A DNA stretch of 27,152 nt from positions 62,001 through 89,152 of the forward strand of contig CAZMIO010000003.1 in NCBI GenBank assembly GCA_964566535.1, written 5' to 3'. Positions 1 through 8,195 of the stretch are shown one piece after another (position 1 is the stretch's first letter; the number at the start of each line of letters is the position of its first letter). The DNA comes from an uncultured Methanosarcinales archaeon (GTDB lineage Archaea > Nanobdellota > Nanobdellia > Woesearchaeales > CAZOXR01). The position numbers were made by a program, and so were the translations under genes. A model generated the notes under the pieces. It was not told where the DNA came from. It searched no databases and saw only the letters and a program-made list of their open reading frames with translations.

Positions 1-93
1 AAGAATCATTCATTACCACATGTAATCAGAATTAAGAATAAAAAATCAATAAAGATTAAAGAAAAAAATCACGCACCTTAAAAATTAATAAGT

Positions 94-678
94 TCACCTG
101 GGTATCTCTAACGCTTCAATTTCTCTTGTCATCCTTTCCGTGTTTGCTATCATCCTTCTAAGGGATATACTATCTTCTGCTGTTGCAATACCTTTATGGC
201 ATCTTTGATGAGTTTCGGGATCTTCAACTGCAAAGGCAAGCCCTCGTTCAAAATAGCAGATTGCTTGTTCAGGTCTACCAGATAAAAGGTATATCTCGCC
301 AATAAAATAACTTCCCATACCTGGATGACCAAACCCTAATATCTGTTTAATTTCTGAGATAACATCATCAGATATATCATTTCTTAAATCTGGGCCAGAA
401 ATAGTTGAGCGACCACTTATACTATCTAAATATATATCAAATGCAGCATATGCTTGTTTTAGTGAATCAACCTCTGGAGGATTTGGATCTGCTCCATATG
501 CTGGTGCCACATCAGGTCCATTACTACTAGCTACCACACCATCAATTGACCTTGCCTCAGCAACCACCGAATCTGGGTTTAACTGCTGTTCAATAGGTCT
601 AGCTGAAGCACATCCTAAATATGATATTGCTACTGCTCCTAATAAAGCTAATCCAGCTTCTCGAATATATCTTGCCAT
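94..678 (-). CDS. Hypothetical lipoprotein with one TPR-like motif
   Basis: Basic N-terminus, hydrophobic stretch and lipobox-like YLGC. TPR-like YFIGEIYLLSGRPEQAICYFERGL. SD-like TGAGGT overlaps the upstream stop codon. Confidence 0.6.
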   Translation of the reverse strand: MARYIREAGLALLGAVAISYLGCASARPIEQQLNPDSVVAEARSIDGVVASSNGPDVAPAYGADPNPPEVDSLKQAYAAFDIYLDSISGRSTISGPDLRNDISDDVISEIKQILGFGHPGMGSYFIGEIYLLSGRPEQAICYFERGLAFAVEDPETHQRCHKGIATAEDSISLRRMIANTERMTREIEALEIPR

Positions 679-687
679 TTTTAAACC

Positions 688-1449
688 TCACTTCCCACTA
701 ACATGCCCTTCAACTAAACCAACCAAAGCATTAGAAAAAAACTCACTCTTAACCAAAATCGCAGTATCTTTAGTTTTATCGGTACTATCAGCCAACATAA
801 ACAACGTTTCATTACCATCAAAAACAATAAATCTTGAATTCAAATCAGTCCTAACAACTTTAAGATCATTAACTGGCTCATCAATAGGAGCATAAATATC
901 CAATTTAACCTTCTTCTTCTCTAAACTAGGTAAAAAGTTCTTAAACAATTTCATTTTACTATTAAAATTCTCTTTTGTTGTAGCAACAACAATTGAACTA
1001 GAAGCCCTATCAATACTCTTCTTAATAAATGAATAAATAGCACTCTTACCGTTTAATATGTTTGATAAACTCTCAGAATCAATTTTCTCAATTCCAGTCT
1101 TATGCAATAACTCCAACTCCTTAAAAACACTAGTTGATCTTATACCTTCAAGCATATTCAGGTTAATCTCTTGATCATGCTTAATATCTTTCTTAACTCT
1201 TTCAACAATCTCTTCAGGCTTAACAGCAATATACTTGATTGGCCTTCCAATCTTCATTATAATATATCCCTTCTTCTCTAAACTCTCAAGAACATCATAG
1301 CATCTTGATCTTGGAACACCAGATAGGTCAGCAAGCTCACCAGCAGCTGCAATCCCTTTAGAAAGTAATGAAGCCCAAATCTTTACTTCATAGATATTAA
1401 GCTTAAAATCGCCCTTTAATTTAGTTAAAAATTCTTTTTGTATGATCAT
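688..1449 (-). CDS. TrmB-family transcriptional regulator
   Basis: N-terminal wHTH LNIYEVKIW..LL...AGELADLSGVPRSRCYDVLESLEKKG..GRP.KY.AV.P, followed by a TrmB-type effector-binding (PLD-like) domain. Confidence 0.9.
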   Translation of the reverse strand: MIIQKEFLTKLKGDFKLNIYEVKIWASLLSKGIAAAGELADLSGVPRSRCYDVLESLEKKGYIIMKIGRPIKYIAVKPEEIVERVKKDIKHDQEINLNMLEGIRSTSVFKELELLHKTGIEKIDSESLSNILNGKSAIYSFIKKSIDRASSSIVVATTKENFNSKMKLFKNFLPSLEKKKVKLDIYAPIDEPVNDLKVVRTDLNSRFIVFDGNETLFMLADSTDKTKDTAILVKSEFFSNALVGLVEGHVSGK

Positions 1450-1507
1450 TTTTAGTATACTGCCAATCCTTAAGAACCACAGTTTAACGTACTTTTAACA
1501 AAAGCTA

Positions 1508-1538
1508 CAAAAACAAAAAAGTAAAAAAAAAGAAAAAA
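1508..1538 (-). terminator. Oligo-T archaeal-type terminator
   Basis: Several T-runs on the minus strand (TTTTTTCTTTTTTTTACTTTTTTGTTTTTG) directly after the stop codon at 1539. Confidence 0.6.
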
Positions 1539-3117
1539 TTATTTTTTCTTAACGAAGCTTACTATGATTATAGCACCTACTAAAAGTAATAGGATATCTA
1601 CACCCACAATCAAAGCAATCAGACCAGGTCCTTCAAGCAATCCGCCTATAGAAGCTGTTCCTTCACCGTCGTCTCCACCGTCAGCAGTTGTTGCACCAGT
1701 AAGGTCTATACCGTCACCAGTTAGATCAGTACCTTCATCTCCAGTTCCTTCGTCACCAGTACCTTCATCTCCTGTACCTTCATNNNNNNNNNNNNNNNNN
1801 NNNNNNNNNNNNNNNNNNNNNNNNNNNNNNNNNNNNNNNNNNNNNNNNNNNNNNNNNNNNNNNNNNNNNNNNNNNNNNNNNNNTACCTTCATCTCCAGTT
1901 CCTTCGTCACCAGTACCTTCATCTCCTGTACCTTCATCTCCAGTTCCTTCGTCACCAGTACCTTCATCTCCTGTACCTTCATCGTCTACAGGTGCGTCAA
2001 CAACACATTCTTCAACTGACAATGATACTGTATCACTAGCACTTGTTTTTGCAGATTCAACTTTTACATCAAGTCTGTAGTTACCAGCGTCAGTTCCTTC
2101 TGAAACGAAAAGAGCTACTCTTTTGCTCCATTCAGCATCTGAATCATCTCCTTGGTCAAGTGTTCCTAGTTCGAATTTCTCGTTTATTTCAAGAGCAGTG
2201 TTCTTTATAGTAACAACAACATCGTCTTCTTCCTCTTCTCCGATGTTTAGAGCAGTTACGCTAACTTCTGCATCTCCACTACACTCAACCTCAGTAGGTC
2301 CAAGTGATAGCTTTGTAAAGATTAATTCGTGTGTTTCTTTGTCCCATGCAAAATCAAAGTCAGTTCCAAAATCAAAGTCTAGCTTTTCTTTGCTTTCTTT
2401 GTCTTCAGCCTCTAATTTGATATCTAATGTTACATCATCTTCACTGTCTATCATATAAGGAATTTCGATTTCAATATCTAATTCATCGTCATCCCCAGGT
2501 TCAAGATCACTAAGATCAAACTCTTCATCATAGTCAATATCACTTATCTCTAACGTGAATTTAACGTCTTTAATTTCCCTATTTTCTAAAACATCTTCGC
2601 CGCTTTTGAAAAGGTTTTCAACTTCAATATTAACCTTGATTACAGTTCCAGGTTTTGGATCACTCAATGAATCTCCGGTAATATCTGCTTTTTCATCATC
2701 GCCGTTTATATCAAAGTCAATCTCAGCTTCATCACCAATTCTTAACATGAATGGTTTTCCACCGTATTTATCTCCTCTAACTAAAACGAATATGTTGTCT
2801 TCAACTGGTATAATTCCCATATCAGTTGTAGCAGTCCACTTTTCTCCCTCTAATGACTGGTATACTGTCCAATCTCCAGCAACACCAACATCATCAACAC
2901 TTACAATCTCAGTTTCAGTTACATCTAACTCAACTGTTAATGAACTTTCTTTCAAATAGTCTGTTAAATTTTGTCCTTCAACTACATCACTACAATCTGT
3001 TTCAACTACCAATTCAAAATCACTTTGGTCGTTGGCTATAATACAAAATTCTTCTGTTGCTCCATAAGCTATTGAAGCGAACATAATGCTTAACATCAAT
3101 CCTATTAATATTTTCAT
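1539..3117 (-). CDS. Membrane-anchored S-layer-like surface protein with a degenerate N-terminal DUF4430-like domain, Ig/CARDB-like domains and a DEGTG repeat stalk (spans the N gap)
   Basis: ORFs 1780..3210 and 1539..1982 both read DEGTG repeats on either side of a 100-N gap, so they are one gene. Start taken at ATG 3117 (signal peptide MKILIGLMLSIMFASIAYG, SD GGGGTGG). C-terminal TM helix plus KKK. Paralogous to 3220..4632. Confidence 0.8.
1730..1983 (-). repeat. 15-bp tandem repeat (DEGTG) arranged as a 45-bp higher-order unit; copy number unresolved
   Basis: Plus-strand units accttcatctccagt / tccttcgtcaccagt / accttcatctcctgt recur in fixed order on both sides of the gap. Confidence 0.95.
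1784..1883. other. Assembly gap (100 N)
   Basis: Run of N inside the tandem repeat; the length is probably a placeholder. Confidence 0.98.
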
Positions 3118-3219
3118 TGTTTTTATTTTAACCACCCCGAATGGTTTATTATAGTTTATTATTACCTGTGTAGACAACATCTGGTATTTAAAGTTTTTGC
3201 TATTTTCCAATAGTAACCC

Positions 3220-4632
3220 TCAGCCTTTAAATACTCTCATTATTAGCACAATACCGAGTATTGCCACCAATATATACACAAAAGCATTAATTCCAATCAC
3301 CAATCCTTTGTTGCTAATCCATTTTGATAACTCTCCACCATCTTTAGCAACATTACCAGTAACTCCACTTAGTCCTGAATCATGGTCATGCTCATCAGTC
3401 CCTTCATCATCTGTTAGTCCACTATCAGTTGCATCATCAGTACAGTCCCTAACTCTCAGATTAACAGTTGCATCTTGGCTATATCTGTCAAATCCAGCAT
3501 TAACTAATATGGGGTATATTCCTTCATCTACATCAGAGTCAACATTAATCCTTATAGATGTAGAATATTCACTATCGTCATCAAACGGGTCATCCTCAAG
3601 CTCAAATTCTTTCTTTTCGCTAATCCCTAAATCCTCACTATTAACTTCTAAAACAACCTGTTCTTTTTCTCTTCCCATATTCACTACGTTAATACTAAGA
3701 GAAGTACTTCCAGAACACACAATTTCTTCATCACTTAATTTAACATTTTCAATCCTAACATCATGTTTCTCTTTTTCAACTTCTACTTTATATTTTAGTG
3801 TTTTCTTAAATTCCTTATTGTTTCCGTCCTTCCACTCAATATCTAGAACTAAGTTAAATTCTTTATCTTCAACTTCAATAGGAATCTCAAACTCAACACT
3901 CTGACTTTCATCATCACCAGGCTCTAGATCATCGTAGTCATTATTATTCTCTTCTAGGTCCTCACCATCCTCAATATCCCTTATTGTAGCTGTAATTTCA
4001 ATATCTTCCAAATTTAGGTCATATGCTTCAGCATCATATCTATTCTTTAGCCCAACTTCAAGCTTTAGGCTATCTCCAGGTTTTACATATATAGTATCGC
4101 CTTCACTAAGATCATCACTATCCCCCTCAACCCTAACTTCGATCTCTTCAATGCCTAATGGCTCTGGCTTAACGCCCCATTCACCAAATGCTAATCCAAT
4201 AACATCACCATCTTTAGCACAATAATGTGTAGAACAGGAATCTCCACCATCATAAGCAACCATCATATGGTCCCACTTATCAGTTCCCAATATGTTAAAA
4301 TTCCAAGAGAATTTATCATATTTTTTATTCCATTCACAAGACATTCCTTCTTTCTCAGGTGCATAATCCACATCTTCACCAAGACCATTTATCTTACATA
4401 TTCCATGACCATAATCAGAAGTAATACCGAGAAGAGTCTTCAAGTAATACTCAGACCATGTTATGTCAAGATCCAATTCATTCATTAACTCATACCCATC
4501 TATACCTTCAGGAACATCAACACACTCCGTATCCATATCACCATTCTTATAATCAACAACTACACAAACATTTGCTGCACTAACAGCACTCATCAACATT
4601 AAACCCATTATTATATATACTATTTTTTTCAT
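3220..4632 (-). CDS. Membrane-anchored S-layer-like protein with an N-terminal DUF4430 (transcobalamin C-terminal-like) domain
   Basis: Signal peptide. VCVVVDY..G....ECV....DGYELM...YGHGICKINGLG...WNF...W...KDGDVIGLAFG fits the DUF4430 beta-grasp pattern. Acidic Ig-like domains, then a C-terminal TM helix. Confidence 0.8.
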   Translation of the reverse strand: MKKIVYIIMGLMLMSAVSAANVCVVVDYKNGDMDTECVDVPEGIDGYELMNELDLDITWSEYYLKTLLGITSDYGHGICKINGLGEDVDYAPEKEGMSCEWNKKYDKFSWNFNILGTDKWDHMMVAYDGGDSCSTHYCAKDGDVIGLAFGEWGVKPEPLGIEEIEVRVEGDSDDLSEGDTIYVKPGDSLKLEVGLKNRYDAEAYDLNLEDIEITATIRDIEDGEDLEENNNDYDDLEPGDDESQSVEFEIPIEVEDKEFNLVLDIEWKDGNNKEFKKTLKYKVEVEKEKHDVRIENVKLSDEEIVCSGSTSLSINVVNMGREKEQVVLEVNSEDLGISEKKEFELEDDPFDDDSEYSTSIRINVDSDVDEGIYPILVNAGFDRYSQDATVNLRVRDCTDDATDSGLTDDEGTDEHDHDSGLSGVTGNVAKDGGELSKWISNKGLVIGINAFVYILVAILGIVLIMRVFKG

Positions 4633-4642
4633 TTTTTATACC

Positions 4643-5014
4643 TCATCTTTTCGCAAATCTAAATTCAATCTCATCTCCCCCTTTAACATGATAATTATTT
4701 ACTCCATAAGTTGACATCTTACCATTAACATACATAGGCCACCAATAGCCTGATTCTGCACACACTCCATCAATACACTCAATAGCATTACCGCCCAAAT
4801 GCAACTTAATCTCGTGCTTCACATCCAACACCTGAAAAGCACTAACATCAGGACTTTTCACACTATATTTCTCTTCTGTGCTGTTACCAATAGATACTAT
4901 CGTAAGTTTAACATACTCATTTTGGCTCTTCAGCTGACTTTCCGTCTGGCACCCACTGCTTAAGAGGACCATTCCTAGCACGATCAAGCACATTATCGCA
5001 TATCTCTTTCTCAT
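4643..5014 (-). CDS. DUF4430-domain lipoprotein (putative cobalamin-binding protein)
   Basis: Lipobox LSSGC. SAFQVL...IECIDGV....YWWPMYVNGKMSTYGVNNYHVKGGDEIEFRF is a typical DUF4430 signature. SD GGGAGG. Confidence 0.88.
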   Translation of the reverse strand: MRKRYAIMCLIVLGMVLLSSGCQTESQLKSQNEYVKLTIVSIGNSTEEKYSVKSPDVSAFQVLDVKHEIKLHLGGNAIECIDGVCAESGYWWPMYVNGKMSTYGVNNYHVKGGDEIEFRFAKR

Positions 5015-5633
5015 TAAACCTCCCTACCTTATCTACAAGCTTCTTTCCTAGTGGCAAAAATAATCCGAAAACACTATTGGATATAACATGAGGTATCAAA
5101 AACGGAATTCCAGTAACAAATGCAAGTAAAATATTCCCTCCAACACTGAGGGCAAACCCTATATTAAAGATAGTCTGCAAAATCACCGTAGCAACTAGCA
5201 TAAATCCAACTGTTTCAAACACACTAGCTTTCTTCCGGAGGAATCCTCCTAAAAACCCAGCAATACCATAAGCAATTGCCTGATATATAGTCCATGGACC
5301 TTGTCCACCAAAAACCAAAAAATTTGAAAAATACAATGAACTAATCCCAACCAAAGCCCCTTTCCTCTTTCCAAAAAGCCATCCAGACAGCAAAGCAAAA
5401 AACGTCAATGGTTCAACATTAGGCCAAAACTGCATCCCTACCCTCAAAGCAGAAGCACCACCAACAAACCCGGCCATAACTAACCATTCCTTAAGCTTGA
5501 TTATCTGCAGCTGTTGTAATAATGATCTTAGAGCAAGCCTTTGAGAAGCTTTTGATTTCGTTTCAACTACAACAACCTCTTTTTCTTTCTGTTCTTCTGT
5601 TTCTTTTTCCTTAAGTTTTGTTTCTTGGCTCAT
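4917..5633 (-). CDS. ECF transporter S-component, CbrT-like (cobalamin)
   Basis: About 6 TM segments. LR....PNVEP.......G..FG...G.......SNF....QGPWT.YQ..AYG..G and HVISN motifs. Start taken at ATG 5633 rather than TTG 5642. Context: riboswitch upstream and DUF4430 genes downstream. Confidence 0.88.
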   Translation of the reverse strand: MSQETKLKEKETEEQKEKEVVVVETKSKASQRLALRSLLQQLQIIKLKEWLVMAGFVGGASALRVGMQFWPNVEPLTFFALLSGWLFGKRKGALVGISSLYFSNFLVFGGQGPWTIYQAIAYGIAGFLGGFLRKKASVFETVGFMLVATVILQTIFNIGFALSVGGNILLAFVTGIPFLIPHVISNSVFGLFLPLGKKLVDKVGRFNEKEICDNVLDRARNGPLKQWVPDGKSAEEPK

Positions 5634-5662
5634 ATAACTCAACCTTAATAATAAATTTCAGA

Positions 5663-5774
5663 GAAGTCTTGTTGACAACTCCACGATCACTTTACACTAG
5701 ATAAGTATTCCGGCTTTACGGCTGCGGGTCAGCGACGGATTTGCACCATCCTTTCCTTAACTAATAGAACTAGT
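5663..5774 (-). promoter_or_regulatory. Cobalamin riboswitch, compact form lacking the P6 extension (aptamer about 5696-5774)
   Basis: Minus strand reads ACUAG..AGU UAAGGAAAG GAUGG-UGCAAAU-CCGUC GC-UGACCC-GC AG CCG-UAAAGC-CGG AAU ACU..CUAGU. This gives J3/4, P4 with T-loop, P5 with CCC loop, a short P6 and the B12 box. Candidate P13 at 5673-5689. Confidence 0.85.
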
Positions 5775-5784
5775 ATTCATTATG

Positions 5785-5828
5785 TTATATAAAAATATTA
5801 CTATTAACATTAGAAACTTTTATATAGA
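5785..5828. promoter_or_regulatory. Divergent TATA-box region
   Basis: TTTTTATATAA on the minus strand (5785-5795) and TTTTATATA on the plus strand (5818-5826), the latter about 25 nt before ATG 5851. Confidence 0.6.
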
Positions 5829-5850
5829 TAATTAACAATCCATACTTAAA

Positions 5851-6405
5851 ATGGCTGAAGATAACGTTTATTTTCTCAAATTTTTGGATGTAGAGCCACC
5901 AGATCATACTGCAGTTCTAGAATTAATGCCAAGAGAAGACGCAGAAACTAAAAGCGGACTTGCAGCAAGAGTTAAAGAACTTAATGGGGCGTGGATGGAT
6001 TTAGGGGTAGTAGTAAACAAAACAGATTCTTATAATGGTCAAATTGATGAGTTATCAGATTCAGCTATTAGGGCAAAAGCAGTAGAATTATATCATGAAG
6101 CTTACGCAATTGTAGACAGATTAGGAATGGGCTGGACCCCAGACCAAACAAAACCTGATTGGGTAAGAAGAGACGAATCATACAACCCTGTTTTAGAGGG
6201 GGTTTTAGACAGAGTTTATGGTATGATTGCTGCTATCCATCAGGCAGAATCAGCAAATCACCAAGTATTAGATGCAATAACTGGCGAAGAATTTAGATAC
6301 AAACCAGAACCTGGTTTCTACACGCCATCAGGAACTATCCATAAACAAGTTCCAGCTGGTCTAACTCCAGTTAGAGATAATTCTTTAAATCCGCAACATA
6401 TTTAA
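5851..6405 (+). CDS. Hypothetical protein
   Basis: 184-aa ORF filling the intergenic space, with its own TATA box. No recognised motif. Confidence 0.75.
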   Translation: MAEDNVYFLKFLDVEPPDHTAVLELMPREDAETKSGLAARVKELNGAWMDLGVVVNKTDSYNGQIDELSDSAIRAKAVELYHEAYAIVDRLGMGWTPDQTKPDWVRRDESYNPVLEGVLDRVYGMIAAIHQAESANHQVLDAITGEEFRYKPEPGFYTPSGTIHKQVPAGLTPVRDNSLNPQHI

Positions 6406-6428
6406 ATATCCCTTCTAATAAATCAGCT

Positions 6429-7301
6429 ATGATAATAATAGGCTGCTCCCACGGTAATCACTTAGCAAGTAGCATTGCAAACAGATTAAAAAAACCATAT
6501 TCAAAATTAGAAGTAACTCATTTCCCTGATTCTGAGATAAAACTAAAGTTCAATAAAAACATCAAAAACAAAACAGTAGTTCTAGTCCAATCATTCTACC
6601 AAAACATAAACGATAATATAATAGAAACTCTTTTCGCAGCAGAAACAGCAAAAGACTTAGGTGCAAAAAAAGTAATCTTAGTAGCACCCTACTTCCCTTA
6701 CTTAAGACAGGACAAAAGATTCAACAAAGGAGAATGCATATCACTAAGAACAATAGCAAAAAACATAGATGAAGACCTTGATAAAATAATAATCATAGAC
6801 CCTCACTTACATCGAGAAAAAACACTAAAGCATATTTTCAAAATCAGCTCAAAAAAACTAACAGCAAACCCACTTGTAGAAAAATACATAAAAAATAATA
6901 TCAAAAATCCAGTAATCATAGGGCCTGATTGGGAATCCTACAAGTGGGCACAAAAAGTAGCAGAAGGCATAGGCTGCGACTTCGCAATCATGGAAAAGAA
7001 AAGATTCTCAGCAAGAAAAGTAAAAGTAACACTAAACAAAAAAATAAATATCAACTCAAAAAACCTAGTTTTCATAGATGACATGATCTCAACTGGTCAC
7101 ACCCTACTAGAAGCAATAAAAGGAATGAAAAAACTAGGAGCAAAAAAAGTAACTTGCTTTGCCGTCCATGGAATCTTAGTAGAAAACGCACTGCAGAAAC
7201 TAAAAAAAGCAGGGGCAACAGTAATAACCACAAACACAATCCCAAACAAAGCAGCAAAGATAAACGTAGCAGAATTAATCAGCAACAGTCTCAGGAAATA
7301 A
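6429..7301 (+). CDS. prs: Ribose-phosphate pyrophosphokinase
   Basis: FPDSE, PYFPYLRQDKRF..GE, DPHLH, GPD and the PRT motif FIDDMISTGHTL. Confidence 0.97.
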   Translation: MIIIGCSHGNHLASSIANRLKKPYSKLEVTHFPDSEIKLKFNKNIKNKTVVLVQSFYQNINDNIIETLFAAETAKDLGAKKVILVAPYFPYLRQDKRFNKGECISLRTIAKNIDEDLDKIIIIDPHLHREKTLKHIFKISSKKLTANPLVEKYIKNNIKNPVIIGPDWESYKWAQKVAEGIGCDFAIMEKKRFSARKVKVTLNKKININSKNLVFIDDMISTGHTLLEAIKGMKKLGAKKVTCFAVHGILVENALQKLKKAGATVITTNTIPNKAAKINVAELISNSLRK

Positions 7302-8099
7302 TTCTCTTTGAGCATCTGAACCAATTTTAGCCAAAAGAGCAGTAGATTCTAAATCAGTTATATCACCAACCTCTACTGTCACAAAATCAGCAAATTCTTC
7401 CCTTATTTCAGTTGATGTACCTACAACACCAGAATAGAACATTGTCAATTCAGGGATAATTACAACGTCTTTCCGAGGAAGCCTACCTCTTAACTGAGAT
7501 AAAGACTGTTTAAGACATTTATCGGCATAAGCCCCTCCAACAAAAATCCTACTCGCCCCAATCAGATCATAGTACTGGTCAGGAACCAACAAAAGACCAT
7601 TATTGAATTCTGTGAAGAATACATCTTGAGCAAGACCTTCTTCAACTAATCTACTAGTCCCAGCTGCATAATGCTCAGGAGATTCTATAAGTAGTACCTG
7701 AATTCCATCTTCTTTAATGTCCCCTAGTGTGCCAAAAAACCTATCCAAATACCTAATCGCACTTTCAACCTCATGATCTCCAACTTCATTCCACTGTGAC
7801 ATAAACCTATAAAGGGGGTGCGTCAGTACCAAAACAGTCTCTGCCTCCTCAACACCTCTTGCAAACCTATTTCTATGTTCGTATGACCCTTGAAGTAACT
7901 CTCTAAACCCTGGACCAGAATAATGCTTAGCAGCTGAATAAAGGGCTGGATCTGTATGATATTTTTCTCTACTCCCAACCAAATCTGTAACAACATCTTC
8001 AACTGATGCAAAACGCGGATTAATAGGGGGGCTATCCACTCTTTGGTACCCTAGCCTTTCATTTAATCCACTAAAGTGATGAGGCCCCTTATCATTCAT
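7275..8099 (-). CDS. Hypothetical protein, possibly a divergent cysteine-hydrolase (isochorismatase-like) fold
   Basis: Long ORF; ATG 8099 is preceded by GGTGA. IFVGGAYADKCL resembles the catalytic-Cys segment of isochorismatase-like enzymes (weak). Confidence 0.65.
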   Translation of the reverse strand: MNDKGPHHFSGLNERLGYQRVDSPPINPRFASVEDVVTDLVGSREKYHTDPALYSAAKHYSGPGFRELLQGSYEHRNRFARGVEEAETVLVLTHPLYRFMSQWNEVGDHEVESAIRYLDRFFGTLGDIKEDGIQVLLIESPEHYAAGTSRLVEEGLAQDVFFTEFNNGLLLVPDQYYDLIGASRIFVGGAYADKCLKQSLSQLRGRLPRKDVVIIPELTMFYSGVVGTSTEIREEFADFVTVEVGDITDLESTALLAKIGSDAQRELFPETVAD

Positions 8100-8195
8100 T
8101 TTCACCAATACACCAATTTATTAATTAATATCTTTTTCTTAATTTAAGTATATAATTAAATCCTACATATAAAAAGTATGTTATTAAACTAACAA

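Noticed and set aside
1539..1982. Separate 147-aa gene with MKVQEMKVLVTKELE repeats
   Set aside because: Frame artefact of the 100-N gap; the part after the gap is the C-terminus of the surface protein.
1730..1983. Possible CRISPR array
   Set aside because: Contiguous in-frame coding repeats with no unique spacers and no cas genes.
1564..4488. Plus-strand Ser-rich ORFs (1564, 2123, 2555, 2853, 3197, 4225)
   Set aside because: Antisense shadows of acidic minus-strand genes.
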